Numbered from the stretch's first letter, positions 1-11,017 are shown. The stretch is DNA of 64,000 nt from Candidatus Heimdallarchaeota archaeon (GCA_019057815.1 JAHLWR010000001.1:160001-224000); one strand, 5' to 3'. Notes: generated from the sequence alone by a model not told the origin. Numbers and translations: made by a program.

Positions 1-331
1 AGATAAATAATATAATTAAGACTTTATGATATATTGGCGAGCTTAGTTTAAATAATCTATTTAACTATGTTTCTCAAAATTCATGGACTTTTATACTTTC
101 TTTCTTCTCTCTCAGTTGAAAGTGTTTTGAGAGCTTCTAACAATTGGCAAATTTCTTTATACAGAAATAGAGAGTTCAGAGAAGAAAATAAGAGGAGAAA
201 AAGTCTGTAGAAACTGTTGAACTGTTTTAAGAGAGAAAATGATAGAGGAAGAGATTCAAGGAATAAATCAGTAAGTAATCTATCTATCATCTTAAGACAG
301 AAAAGCATTTAGTTTATTATCCTTGAATTAA

Positions 332-970
332 TTAAGAATTTGAATCTAAATCTTCTGTATCCAATTTCCTTAAATATATTATTAATATCACTAACATTAT
401 TAACACTAAACCAGGACCTCCAACAAAAGCCCATATATGTTTAATATTCAAACCAAACGTGTTTATCATAACATCTCCGAGAATAAAACATAGGCAGATC
501 ATGCTCTGAATTATATTTACATTAGCAACAAGTTCTGAATAAGATGATTCTCCATGTGCGCTGAGAAAAAGTATAGGTAGTAATATTATATTTACAAAGA
601 ATAAAATTATGATTGAACCAAAATAAAGGTAAAGAGCTGATGGATTCATTGTTATTTCCATGGAACTGGTTAAAATAAATGCTACAATTGCAAAATGGAA
701 TCCAGATATTGTGACTGTTTTTAATATAATTGAGTATATCATCTTTGAACTTTCTTCTTTTCTTTTATCAGATAGTTTTTTTATCAGAACCTTGTAAAGT
801 TTCTTTTCTTTTAAACTCTCAATTCTTTCTTCCTTATCTTTATCATCAAAAATCCCTTCTTGAATAAGTTGTGAATATCTTTGATATACCATTTCTTGCT
901 CCAGTTCTTGCTCTAATTCAGACAACAACGAATCTTTTTCCTTTTTTCTTTCAGGTTTATTTGTTTGCAT
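332..970 (-). CDS. hypothetical membrane protein (charged N-terminus, about 4 TM helices)
   Basis: 212-aa ORF with four hydrophobic segments in the C-terminal half; no family recognised. Confidence 0.6.
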   Translation of the reverse strand: MQTNKPERKKEKDSLLSELEQELEQEMVYQRYSQLIQEGIFDDKDKEERIESLKEKKLYKVLIKKLSDKRKEESSKMIYSIILKTVTISGFHFAIVAFILTSSMEITMNPSALYLYFGSIIILFFVNIILLPILFLSAHGESSYSELVANVNIIQSMICLCFILGDVMINTFGLNIKHIWAFVGGPGLVLIMLVILIIYLRKLDTEDLDSNS

Positions 971-1164
971 TTAACTCTACTCCACTCATTGGATATTTGT
1001 GTATTCTAAGTATATAAAACTAGTTTTTTAGTGTACTTCTTTTTATAGTTAAGAAATGATCTTTGAAGTGATAGGTGAGAAAAAAATTCTCTTCGACCTT
1101 CTCACTACAAATTTGAAGAGAAAAAGACTGATATAGAACTCACTTATCCATTCAAATTTACATC

Positions 1165-1530
1165 ACTTCAAGGTTTCTTCTTATCTCTATTCTTGATTCC
1201 ATTTTTCTTATCTTAGGTAAAATATCATAAAGTCTTATCTGTTTCTTTATTCTTAGAAATCAAATCATATAATGATATTGGTTATTCGTAGTAATGGTAA
1301 TGCTGTAGAAACATCGTCTTTTATATCAAGTTGTCCTGGATATACAGATTCATTTCCTATTACCCTCAAGGTGTCCAGTGCCTTTTGTATTTGAAAATCT
1401 AGATTTTTAGCTACCAAATTTTTAATATCAGTATTTATATTATCACCTTTCTCACCAAAACAAGGCATAAGTTTCTGGAGAGCAAGTCGAAGGAGATCGG
1501 CTGAACCTATTGGTGAAAGATTTATGAACA
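1165..1530 (-). pseudogene. DUF4145 (HEPN-related) protein remnant
   Basis: LLRLALQKLMPCFGEKGDNINTDIKNLVAKNL..QKALDTLRVIGNESVYPGQLD matches the DUF4145 pattern; the usual N..H motif has Y instead of H; the N-terminus is missing; similarity continues past the stop at 1265 with frameshifts; boundaries approximate. Confidence 0.7.
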
Positions 1531-1617
1531 ACCCACCAAAAAATATATTGCCCAAAAGTGTAACCAATCTTAGTTGAGTTAACAATACTACATTTGAACC
1601 TCGTATATTTAAAAGCA

Positions 1618-1929
1618 TGTCCCAAAACTATTCTGAGTATTGTCAAGATGCTTTTCAACGTAGGTAGACCTTTCTCTAAATCATCAAGGTTCTTGTTTTT
1701 AGTTTCATCTAAATCTTTGATACCACCATGGAGCTTGAGAGCACGAGCGGTGACGACGATAACAACAGCATTGATGAAAGTGTTGTACTGCCTAGCGACA
1801 ATATCAACAAACTTATCGAAACCGAGGTCAGTAGCAAAACCACACTCAGTGAGAACCTAATCAGCAAGCTTCAAAGCAAGTTTAGTTCAAATAATACTGC
1901 TGTTCCCGTGCGCTATGTTAGCGAAGGGT
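1618..1929 (-). pseudogene. fhs: formate--tetrahydrofolate ligase internal fragment
   Basis: Manual minus-strand translation gives [41 protein letters not shown]...AVVIVVTARALKLHGG...LEKGLP, then a frameshift to VEKHLDN; matches the FTHFS motifs [19 protein letters not shown] and RALKMHGG; two in-frame stops. Confidence 0.88.
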
Positions 1930-2017
1930 CTAATTGGTAATAATAAATAATGAATAGCAATAGTTATAATAAGCTGTAAATTTGCAGTAACAAGGAAATG
2001 AAAAGGAGAGAGTATTA

Positions 2018-2341
2018 TTGGAACTAATTAGGTCTCTTAGGAAATTAACTAATAACATATTTGAAATGAGAAGAGGAATTGAAAAGAAAGATAGAAGAGT
2101 TGCGTTATTTATTCCTTTGGTAATGTCTTTTGATTTATTGACTCTTTTCATAATCTCTTTATTTTATAATGGAGAATTAATAGGTTTCAACATAATTCTT
2201 ATCATAGCATTTGTAATACCTTTAATATTATCAACCTTTTTATTAATATATTTCCTTCATCTTATGGCATATAAAAGTTCAAACAAAAGTGAAATACAAA
2301 CATCAGCTTTTCACCCAGACGAGCTTTTCAAGTGGAAATAG
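2018..2341 (+). CDS. small hypothetical membrane protein (2 TM)
   Basis: 107-aa ORF with two hydrophobic segments; start uncertain. Confidence 0.45.
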   Translation: MELIRSLRKLTNNIFEMRRGIEKKDRRVALFIPLVMSFDLLTLFIISLFYNGELIGFNIILIIAFVIPLILSTFLLIYFLHLMAYKSSNKSEIQTSAFHPDELFKWK

Positions 2342-2501
2342 AGAGATAAAAACATAGAATAATAGTTGAAACAATCGACAAGAGAGTATAAGCAAAAATT
2401 CAAACATATGGATTATATTAGAAAGATAAAGATCATATTGCTTTTTTATTCATCTTTTTTCCTTCTTTATCTTCAGAGGATTGGAGGATGAACTTGCAAA
2501 A

Positions 2502-2810
2502 CTACTTTGTATGAAAGTAATCAGCTAAAGTTGTTTGTTTATTGGTTTTAAGTTCGTTTTTCAATTGATCGATAAACCACTTTTTGAGTTTCATAGTCTT
2601 AGGTTCAATAACACTCTTAGGAATCCAGACGGGGTCGTCTGTTAATTTAATAATGGTAGCAAAATAAGCTTTCTCAGTTTCTGTATGTATCATTCCTAAT
2701 TGAAAATCAGAGAACAGGTTAGAATCCATAATTTTGAAATTAAGATTTCGATATTTAAACAATAAAATACCTTTTCTCTGTTTTATCTTTAATTTATAGT
2801 TTAGAAACAC
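2502..2810 (-). CDS. hypothetical protein with ETEKA...WIPKS motif
   Basis: Motif pair TETEKAY...VWIPKSVI, seen in small phage-type and archaeal proteins; the true start may be the internal MDSNLF. Confidence 0.5.
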   Translation of the reverse strand: MFLNYKLKIKQRKGILLFKYRNLNFKIMDSNLFSDFQLGMIHTETEKAYFATIIKLTDDPVWIPKSVIEPKTMKLKKWFIDQLKNELKTNKQTTLADYFHTK

Positions 2811-2976
2811 ACATCAGTAATCTTTCAATAAAAGAATCAACAAAGACAGGATTATATTAGAACTTATTCTTCAAAAAGGAAAAGCTATTTCTTCTCCTCG
2901 TAATAGTATGGTTTTGTTAAACAAAATGGCTAAGAAAAGAGATAATTAAACTTAAAAAGACACAATTTATCTTGTT

Positions 2977-3480
2977 GTGATGTTTGATATTCCTCTTATT
3001 AAACAAAAAGGAAATTTTATGTGTATTCCTGCTTGTGTCGAAATGGCTCTTCGATTTTTAGATAAATCTATTGAAATCAACCAAAATGATATAATGAAAC
3101 AACAATGGATGAATAAAGAAGGTTATGTCCCTAAAGAATATCAAAACAGAAGAGATAGTGGAATATCCTTTGGCAACATAAAAAGAAATCTAGATGAGTT
3201 GAAGATAAAGAGAAATGTTATTTTCATAAAAGGAAAAGAAGAAGGAAAGAGTCCTGCGATTATATTGGAATCAGTTAAAGAAATATTAGAATTAAAACAT
3301 GTTCCTGTTTTGATTTCATTGAAAAAAACATATAATAAATGTCATATTGTTCTAATCACAGGAATAGATGGTGAGAATTTTTATTATAATGATCCAGCAA
3401 AAACTGTCAAAGAACAAAAAAATATTTTTTATTTTACTGATAATTTAGCTGATGATATGCATTATATGTATATTACATAG
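2977..3480 (+). CDS. C39-like papain-fold cysteine peptidase
   Basis: IPLIKQ....MCIPACVEM (Q and catalytic C), HIVLITG (H), YYNDP (D). Confidence 0.8.
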   Translation: MMFDIPLIKQKGNFMCIPACVEMALRFLDKSIEINQNDIMKQQWMNKEGYVPKEYQNRRDSGISFGNIKRNLDELKIKRNVIFIKGKEEGKSPAIILESVKEILELKHVPVLISLKKTYNKCHIVLITGIDGENFYYNDPAKTVKEQKNIFYFTDNLADDMHYMYIT

Positions 3481-3625
3481 CATTAATTCTTCTAGAAAAG
3501 CACTCATACAATAAATAGCGTTTCATTATTCCAAATATTTCTATGTTCTAATGTACATTTTAAAAACAGTTCCCTTCCATTTATCAGTTACATTCATGTA
3601 AATATTTCAGTAAGTATTTAGTAAA

Positions 3626-6600
3626 TTAAGATGGAACTGAAGCCCATTCTTCACCAAATAACTGTGCTTGTTCCATTATTAGCTTAACAGCTTGAGATGT
3701 CTGATCAGGGGGATATTTATATTTTCTCAAAAGTCTGCGTATAGAGATACGCATTCGAGCTTGAACGCTTTTCTTGACAGTAAAATCGATAGTAGCAGAT
3801 TTTCGTACTTCAGCAACAAGCTCCTTAGCAATTTGTTTGAGAGTTTCATCTTTCATAAGTTCGACAGCACTCTGATTAGTAGTAATGGCGTCATAAAAAG
3901 CTACTTCATCATCATTAAGTCCAAGGTCTTCGCCTCGTTTGAAAGATTGTTGCATATCTCTTGCTAAAGAAAGTAGTTCCTCTAAAATAGCAGCGGAAGC
4001 TATAGTACGATTGATATATTTGTTGATAGCCTTCTTGAGCAGTTCCTCAAAAGAACGAGATTGAACCAAGTTTTTCTTAGCTCTAGATTTGATCTGGTCC
4101 TGTAGTAATTTATTTAACAATTCAACAGCTAAATTCTTCTGTTTAAGATCTTTAACTTCTTCAAGAAAATCTTCAGATAAAATAGAGATTTCAGGTTTTT
4201 TGAGACCAGCAGCGGAGAAAATATCTATAACATCTTCAGAGAGAACTGCACGGGAAATCAGTTGTTTGATAGCAAAATCAATTTTATCTTTTCGTTTTTT
4301 AGAAGGCATGGTAGTTTTAACAAAACCAACTCTAATGGCTTGAAAGAAAGCTAAATCATTACGAATTGCTAAAGCTTCATTATGAGGGATAGCTAAAGCA
4401 AAAGCTTTGTTTAAAGCAGCTAAGTTGTCTAGAAATCTCTTCTTAGCAACCTTTGGATCTTCATTAGGAGTTTTCAATATATGTTCCATAGCTAAAGGGA
4501 GTAAATTTAACCTCTGTAAAGGGCTACCATCTTCAAAAACAGAATAATCAAAATTGTAAAACATATCAGAGACAATCTCATAATAGGTTAGCATTAACTC
4601 AACAGCTTTTTCTTGAGGAATGCCAGTCTGATCACGAGATTCCTGATTAGAGTATTTGGATAAAGCTTGTTTGAGATAATAACCAATGCCAATATAATCG
4701 ACAATAAGACCACCAGGTTTCTCTTTGTAAACACGATTGACTCTAGCGATGGCCTGCATGAGATTGTGACCATGCATAGGTTTGTCAATATACATAGTAT
4801 GCATAGGAGGGACATCAAAACCAGTTAACCACATATCACGGACAATGACAATTTCTAATTCATCTTCAGGATCTTTCAACCTTGTTTCGATAATGTCTCT
4901 CTTACGTTTTGATCGAATATGCGGTTGAAGAAAAGCATCATCACCAGCAGAACCACTGATAACAACTTTAATGAAACCTTTAGTAACATCATCAGAATGC
5001 CAAGAAGGACGAAGTTTAATGAGTTCGTTATAAAGAGAAACACATATTCTACGAGACATGCAGACAATCATACCTTTACCTTCAATAACATCTAGACGTT
5101 GCTCAAAATGGTCAACAATATCCTCAGCAACCTCTTTCAAACGGTCAGGGTCGGAAACTAGTTGAACGACTCTAGACCATTTAGATTTGAGTTTTTCTTT
5201 AGCATAATCTTCTTCAGTTTCAGTAATTTCATCAAATTCCTCGTCGATATGCCCTTCTAAATCCTCATTGAGTTTGATTTTGGCTAATCGCGATTCATAG
5301 TAAATAGGAACAGTAGTTTTATCCTTGATAGCTTGAGAAATGTCGTAAATGCTGATATAATTACCAAAAACATTAATGGTATTTTTATCAACTAAATCAA
5401 CAGGAGTGGCAGTAAAACCAATAAATGAAGCGTTAGGAAGAGCTTTACGAATATGGGCAGCAAAACCTTCTTTTAATTTACCTTCTTCAGAGAGTTTCTT
5501 CTCAAACGAGTATTGGCTTCTATGAGCTTCATCAGCAATAACAACAATATTCCTACGTTCTGATAAAAGAGGATACTCCTCTTCTATCTTTTCAGGAAGG
5601 AATTTTTGAATAGTAGTAAAAATTACTCCACCACCAGAAGTTTTGAGCAAATCTTCAATATTATTTCTAGTAGATTCTTTCATTTTTTCATTAAATCTTC
5701 TTGCAGTAGCCTGTATAGGTGTTTGACGGAGTAAATCGCTAGAAACAGAAAAAGTAGTAAAGAGTTGTCTATCTAAATCGTTACGATCAGTAATAACTAC
5801 AACAGTAGGATTGTTAAGTAATTGAATAATTTTAGCTGTATAGAAAAGCATAGTTAAGCTTTTACCAGAACCTTGAGTATGCCAAACAACACCTATCTTC
5901 TGATCTCCTAGCTCTTCAGAAGCACGTAAAGTTTCGGAAATAGCACGGTTAACAGCATGGAATTGGTGGTAAGCAGCAGATTTTTTGACTATTTGCTTAC
6001 CATCATCTTCAAAAGTAATAAAGAAGCGGATATAATCCAGTAATCTGTGTGGATCTAAAATTCCTCTAATCAAAACCTCATAAGACATTTTAGAAGAATC
6101 AGCTAAGGTTACACCTTCGATAGTACGCCAAGGAGTGAAACGTTCCCAATCAGCAGAAAGACTACCAACTTTGGATTCATGACCATCACTGATAACAATT
6201 AATTCGTTGGTTCGGAATAAAGAAGGAATCTCATGTTTATAGGTTTGGATTTGATTGAAAGCCTCTCTTACAGTCGTTTCCTCTTTAGAAGGATTCTTGA
6301 GTTCGATAACTACAAGAGGAATACCGTTGATAAATAAAACAATGTCAGGGCGACGATTATGTTGGTTAGCACCAATGCCTTCGATAACAGTAAATTGGTT
6401 GACAGCTAAGAAATCGTTATTATCAGGATTAGTAAAATCGATAATTTTGATAAAATCACTCTTGACTCGACCATCTTGATAATAATCAACTTCTACACCC
6501 TCAACAAGTAATTTATGAAAAGATAGGTTATTGTGCAACAATTCAGGGGAATCTATGCGATTGAGTTTCTTAAGAGCATCTTCAAGAGCACTTTTGGGTT

Positions 6601-6787
6601 TAGTAGGATTGAGTCTGAATAAAGCTGTTCTTAAACGTTCTTGGAGAATAGTTTCAGAATAAGATGAACGTTCTGGATAATCTCCCGTAGGAGCAATATC
6701 AGGACCAAAGATAATTTTGTAATCTAAATCTTTGAGAATTTCTAAAGATGCTTCTTCTAATTGTTCTTCAGTGATTTTCAGTTTCAT
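3626..6787 (-). CDS. hsdR: type I restriction endonuclease subunit R
   Basis: RPDIVLFINGIPLVVIELK nuclease motif, HTQGSGKS Walker A, DEAHRSQY, FTATP, MWLTGFD, QAIARVNR; start placed at MKLKITEE. Confidence 0.97.
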   Translation of the reverse strand: MKLKITEEQLEEASLEILKDLDYKIIFGPDIAPTGDYPERSSYSETILQERLRTALFRLNPTKPKSALEDALKKLNRIDSPELLHNNLSFHKLLVEGVEVDYYQDGRVKSDFIKIIDFTNPDNNDFLAVNQFTVIEGIGANQHNRRPDIVLFINGIPLVVIELKNPSKEETTVREAFNQIQTYKHEIPSLFRTNELIVISDGHESKVGSLSADWERFTPWRTIEGVTLADSSKMSYEVLIRGILDPHRLLDYIRFFITFEDDGKQIVKKSAAYHQFHAVNRAISETLRASEELGDQKIGVVWHTQGSGKSLTMLFYTAKIIQLLNNPTVVVITDRNDLDRQLFTTFSVSSDLLRQTPIQATARRFNEKMKESTRNNIEDLLKTSGGGVIFTTIQKFLPEKIEEEYPLLSERRNIVVIADEAHRSQYSFEKKLSEEGKLKEGFAAHIRKALPNASFIGFTATPVDLVDKNTINVFGNYISIYDISQAIKDKTTVPIYYESRLAKIKLNEDLEGHIDEEFDEITETEEDYAKEKLKSKWSRVVQLVSDPDRLKEVAEDIVDHFEQRLDVIEGKGMIVCMSRRICVSLYNELIKLRPSWHSDDVTKGFIKVVISGSAGDDAFLQPHIRSKRKRDIIETRLKDPEDELEIVIVRDMWLTGFDVPPMHTMYIDKPMHGHNLMQAIARVNRVYKEKPGGLIVDYIGIGYYLKQALSKYSNQESRDQTGIPQEKAVELMLTYYEIVSDMFYNFDYSVFEDGSPLQRLNLLPLAMEHILKTPNEDPKVAKKRFLDNLAALNKAFALAIPHNEALAIRNDLAFFQAIRVGFVKTTMPSKKRKDKIDFAIKQLISRAVLSEDVIDIFSAAGLKKPEISILSEDFLEEVKDLKQKNLAVELLNKLLQDQIKSRAKKNLVQSRSFEELLKKAINKYINRTIASAAILEELLSLARDMQQSFKRGEDLGLNDDEVAFYDAITTNQSAVELMKDETLKQIAKELVAEVRKSATIDFTVKKSVQARMRISIRRLLRKYKYPPDQTSQAVKLIMEQAQLFGEEWASVPS

Positions 6788-7763
6788 CAACCTCATTATA
6801 CTCATATAAATATTGAATTTCATTATCAAAGGTGTCAAAAAAAATGATCAATCGTAATAAACCAGTCTTTATTTTCGCTAATAAAGAAATCTTTCTAAAG
6901 GTTTCAAAATCTTCTTTCTCTAATACAAACTCTAAATCATTGAAATCTGATGATTCAATCTTCTCAATTGATTCTATCTCTCTTATAGATTTTAAAGTGT
7001 TGATAGATCCTATTTCATCCATGACAAATTCATTCAATTTTTCAAGAAAATATTCTGAATTTAGGAAATTTATTAGTTTATAAGATTTTATCATATCTTG
7101 ATAAATTCCCTCTAGTTCAGCAAGAAGAAACTCTGTACTACTTCTTATTTTTAAATCTTTATTAAAACTACTTTCAAAATCTTCTGATAGATGGTCAAAA
7201 TCTACTGTATTTTCTGTTAACAAGAAATAATTAGAATAATCATTTATCTTTCCATAATTTAATATGGTTTCCCATATTATAGCATCTTTGAAACCCTTTC
7301 CTTTTCTATGAAAAGGGGGATACTTCTTTATTGCCTTATCCATTAATTTTTCAAATACATTATGATATTTCTCTTTCTCGAGATTTAATTTAACAATAAA
7401 GTTATTCTTTTCAATATAATCATCAATTAGTTTTTGCATATATCTTTGATATTGGAATTCTTTATTTGGGTAGATAATATTTTCAAAATCGGTTTCTGGA
7501 ATCTTTTCTAATTTCTTCGTATTCTGTTTGATAGATACTATTGCTTTGTTGAAATTATCTGTTCTAGCATTAATTATCTCATCTATTACGATTTGTGGGA
7601 TTCCAACATAGATAATTTCAGAAAAATTGCCAGATTGAATAAACTCAATTATTTTCAGAAAATCTCCTTTTGGTTCAAAATCAGTAAAATCTTTTTCCCA
7701 TTCTAAGTTTCTGCGAATTTTATTTGTATCTAAAATTACTAAGGTTTTTTCTTTTTCTATCAA
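6768..7763 (-). CDS. PIN-domain protein (DUF4935/PIN-like ribonuclease)
   Basis: VILDTN at the N-terminus, IPQIVIDE, PPF...GFKDAIIWETIL, LLTEN..DF acidic PIN residues; the 3' end overlaps the hsdR start. Confidence 0.82.
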   Translation of the reverse strand: MIEKEKTLVILDTNKIRRNLEWEKDFTDFEPKGDFLKIIEFIQSGNFSEIIYVGIPQIVIDEIINARTDNFNKAIVSIKQNTKKLEKIPETDFENIIYPNKEFQYQRYMQKLIDDYIEKNNFIVKLNLEKEKYHNVFEKLMDKAIKKYPPFHRKGKGFKDAIIWETILNYGKINDYSNYFLLTENTVDFDHLSEDFESSFNKDLKIRSSTEFLLAELEGIYQDMIKSYKLINFLNSEYFLEKLNEFVMDEIGSINTLKSIREIESIEKIESSDFNDLEFVLEKEDFETFRKISLLAKIKTGLLRLIIFFDTFDNEIQYLYEYNEVDETENH

Positions 7764-7841
7764 ATCTTTCCCTCTTGTAACATTTCCTTTAAATAATATC
7801 TCTAATATATTGTTTGATTAAGTAAACGTGTTTTAATTGAG

Positions 7842-9137
7842 TTAATTTAATTCCTCCAAGAATTTTTCAGGATTATTTACCCTTAGTTTAGCTGAAAGAA
7901 GCTGGGGAAGAAGAAGATCGCGATGAGAAGAAAGAAGAAGATTCTCCTGAATATTATTTTTTATTTTATTAAATAATGGAAAACTGAAATCGGAAAATTC
8001 TTCAACCACATGTTGAGGTGGTTTTACTAATTTTAAGTTTGAAAATGTAGTTTTATTTACATTAATCATTGTTGAACCTCCACTCCCAGCCGCTCTGAGA
8101 GTTTTCCTTTGATTTCTCATGGAAAAATAGACAAATTCTCTATATATTATGTTATTTAATATTATAGCATTAATTTGCTGATTAGTTTGGCATGCTTCTG
8201 TTGTTATACTCACAAAACCTGTCCTTGCTCCGATGCAATTGACAATTATACTGTCTTTAGGTAATGTACATTTTTTTTGGCTTTCTGCACCTAAAACCGA
8301 TAATGAATCACCTGTTTGAGTAACAAAGATATTACCTACCATATCTGGGGTTTTTATAAAGGGAATATCTTTACCATAGAAACTTTTATTTTCTTTACTA
8401 GGCGTTTTTCCAGTTATAATAGAACCAAAATCTTTTACAGAAGCTACTTTCCATCCCTTTGGTATCTTCCCTAATTCACTTTCCTCAAACTCCCCATCCT
8501 TGAAAGGATCAAAAGAAACAAACCAACTGTGGAAAAGAGACGTAGCGAGAGACTCTAAAGAGGTGTTCATTTGATAGTTAAGTTCAATTTTAGAATCTAA
8601 AGAAAACAAAATATTAGCTACTAGATGTTGTTTTTTTATTGGAGGTAATAAAATATCAAGTTCCTTAAAAATTGATTTAGATATTTCTCTAAAAGTCGTT
8701 CCGCTTGCGTTTTGATTTATAAATCCTTTATTATTCTTCAACCAATAGAAGAGAAATTTATTGAAGACTAGTGGAGAACACTCTATACCTATAAAACCTT
8801 GATTTGTAGCCATTGGAACAGAGTTAATTACAACTTCTCCAACCGGAGCTCTACTTGTTAATAATACACTTCCTGGTGGATTCAATTTTTTCTTAGATCC
8901 TAAACCTTTTTCAGTAATATATCTAGATGTTTCCGAAACATAAATAGTAGAACCAGATGTTACATCCTTTGGAGTTATCCAAGCTATTTGTCCATCCCAA
9001 TTGTCTGGATCTTTAGTACTAGGAGTTTGTCCCCCTTTAACACTGACTATCTCTTTGAACTTATACAATTTCCAATCTGAAGAAGCATTTTCTGAAATAT
9101 CTTCTTTTGAAGGGATATATTTGTCAAGATTTTTCAT
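7842..9137 (-). CDS. hsdS: type I restriction-modification specificity subunit S
   Basis: Two TRDs (GGQTPST...TSRAPVG..TNQGF; TGKTPSK...TNQQIN), LPPIKKQ, ESELGKIPKGW linker, RDLLLPQLLS terminus. Confidence 0.95.
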   Translation of the reverse strand: MKNLDKYIPSKEDISENASSDWKLYKFKEIVSVKGGQTPSTKDPDNWDGQIAWITPKDVTSGSTIYVSETSRYITEKGLGSKKKLNPPGSVLLTSRAPVGEVVINSVPMATNQGFIGIECSPLVFNKFLFYWLKNNKGFINQNASGTTFREISKSIFKELDILLPPIKKQHLVANILFSLDSKIELNYQMNTSLESLATSLFHSWFVSFDPFKDGEFEESELGKIPKGWKVASVKDFGSIITGKTPSKENKSFYGKDIPFIKTPDMVGNIFVTQTGDSLSVLGAESQKKCTLPKDSIIVNCIGARTGFVSITTEACQTNQQINAIILNNIIYREFVYFSMRNQRKTLRAAGSGGSTMINVNKTTFSNLKLVKPPQHVVEEFSDFSFPLFNKIKNNIQENLLLSSHRDLLLPQLLSAKLRVNNPEKFLEELN

Positions 9138-10710
9138 GTTCCAACAACTCAAGTATTTTTTCTATTTTTAAGTCTAATTTCCTCCCTTCTCCCATTTGTT
9201 CCCTCAGTTGTTTAGCTAATCTACTGAATTTCTCTTTAAATTCCTCTTCATCCATCGTTATGTCTTTGAATCCTACATACCTTCCTGGTGTTAAAACATA
9301 GCTATGTTCCTTTATCTCTTCTAATGTAACAGATTTACACAATCCTTTCTCGTCTTCATACTTTCCTTCTTTAGCTTTCCATTCATGGTAAATTGACGAA
9401 ATTTCCTTTATATCGTCCTCTGTTAATTTTCTTGTTTTCCTATCTATCATCTGTCCATATTCTCTTACATCTATGAACAATGTCTCTCCTCTTCTATCTC
9501 TAGTTTTCCCATCATTCTTATTCCTTGTCAAGAACCATAAACACGCTGGTATCTGTGTTGTTAAGAACAACTGTGAAGGTAGACTTATTATACAGTCCAC
9601 TAGATCTTCTTCAATTATCGCTTTTCTGATATCTCCTTCTCCTGAAGTTTGAGAACTTAGACTCCCATTGGACAATACAAAACCAGCGATCCCATTTGGT
9701 GCGAGATGGTGAATAAAATGTAGTATCCATGCATAGTTCGAATTATTGTTTGGTGGAACAATATCATATTTCTTCCACCTGATATCATCAGTTAATTTTT
9801 TTGCGCCCCAATCGCTATCATTGAATGGAGGGTTAGCTAGAATAAAATTCGCTTTTAACGATTTATGTAAATCTCTATGAAATGAATCAGCGTTAGTTTC
9901 ACCAAGATTAGCTTCTAATCCTCTTATTGCGAGGTTCATCCTTGCTAATTTCCAAGTAGTAGGATTAGATTCTTGACCATAAATGGATATATCACCCTCT
10001 TTACCCCCATGAGATTCAACAAAATTTTCACTTTGAACAAACATCCCACCAGATCCACAGCAAGGGTCAAAAACTCTCCCTTTGAAAGGTTGAATCATTG
10101 CAACAAGTAGTTTAACAATACTTTTAGGTGTAAAGTACTCTCCTCCTCCTTTGCCTTCTTGTTGAGCAAATTTACCTAAGAAATATTCATACACCCCTCC
10201 AAGAACATCTTTAGCTTTATTTTCCTTATCACCTAAACCAATATCACCAATAAGATCGAAAACTTCACCTAGAACTCTTTTATCTAACTCTCTACGAGCA
10301 TAAATCTTGGGTAAAACGCCTTTTAGAACAAGATTATAATTTTCAATGAGAACCATAGCTTCATCAACAAGCTTACCGATATCAGAGGATTTAGATTTGT
10401 TTTGAAGTTTCAACCAGCGAGCTTCTTTAGGAACCCAAAAGATATTCTCAGCAATATAATAATCCCTATTCTCTATTTCTACCTCTATTTCGTTGTCAGA
10501 ATATCCTTCTCCATCTAGTTCATTCCATAGTTCCTGATACTTCTCTTCAAAAGAGTCTGAGATGTATTTAAGAAAGATCAATCCTAAAACAACGTGCTTA
10601 TATTCAGCAGAATCCATGTTTCCACGTAGTTTGTCAGCTGCTTGCCAGAGTTTTTTCTCGAAACCTAGAACACCTTTATTGTTAGAGTTACTTTGTTTTT
10701 TATGTACCAT
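9124..10710 (-). CDS. hsdM: type I restriction-modification m6A methyltransferase subunit M
   Basis: LWQAADKLRG, GEYFTP, DPCCGSGG (SAM binding), NPPF catalytic motif; GGTGA RBS upstream. Confidence 0.97.
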   Translation of the reverse strand: MVHKKQSNSNNKGVLGFEKKLWQAADKLRGNMDSAEYKHVVLGLIFLKYISDSFEEKYQELWNELDGEGYSDNEIEVEIENRDYYIAENIFWVPKEARWLKLQNKSKSSDIGKLVDEAMVLIENYNLVLKGVLPKIYARRELDKRVLGEVFDLIGDIGLGDKENKAKDVLGGVYEYFLGKFAQQEGKGGGEYFTPKSIVKLLVAMIQPFKGRVFDPCCGSGGMFVQSENFVESHGGKEGDISIYGQESNPTTWKLARMNLAIRGLEANLGETNADSFHRDLHKSLKANFILANPPFNDSDWGAKKLTDDIRWKKYDIVPPNNNSNYAWILHFIHHLAPNGIAGFVLSNGSLSSQTSGEGDIRKAIIEEDLVDCIISLPSQLFLTTQIPACLWFLTRNKNDGKTRDRRGETLFIDVREYGQMIDRKTRKLTEDDIKEISSIYHEWKAKEGKYEDEKGLCKSVTLEEIKEHSYVLTPGRYVGFKDITMDEEEFKEKFSRLAKQLREQMGEGRKLDLKIEKILELLEHEKS

Positions 10711-11017
10711 AAATTCACCCTTTAAAGGAAAATATCGAGATAAATTATTCTAAAGATTTATTAATATAAGTGTTAAGGCTAAAAAATATTCAGGAATGGT
10801 TTAGTTTCTTAATCATTAGCATATTCAAAGAAACGGTTCAATATATGTGACAAAGAGTGAATATTCAATACAGTAACCACGATTTAGAAAATAAAGTATT
10901 GGTTTCATCATCCAACATAGAAACAACAGACACTCTAACTTACATTTAAATAAAAACATCAGAAGAAGAGCTGTGAAAATACAATTCTGTGAAGAATCAG
11001 AGAAAAAGAAAAATATC

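Noticed and set aside
81-308. 75-aa minus-strand ORF
   Set aside because: Leu/Ser/Phe-biased translation of a purine-skewed stretch with no supporting motif
1594-1940. Plus-strand ORFs 1594-1860 and 1728-1940
   Set aside because: Antisense shadows of the fhs pseudogene
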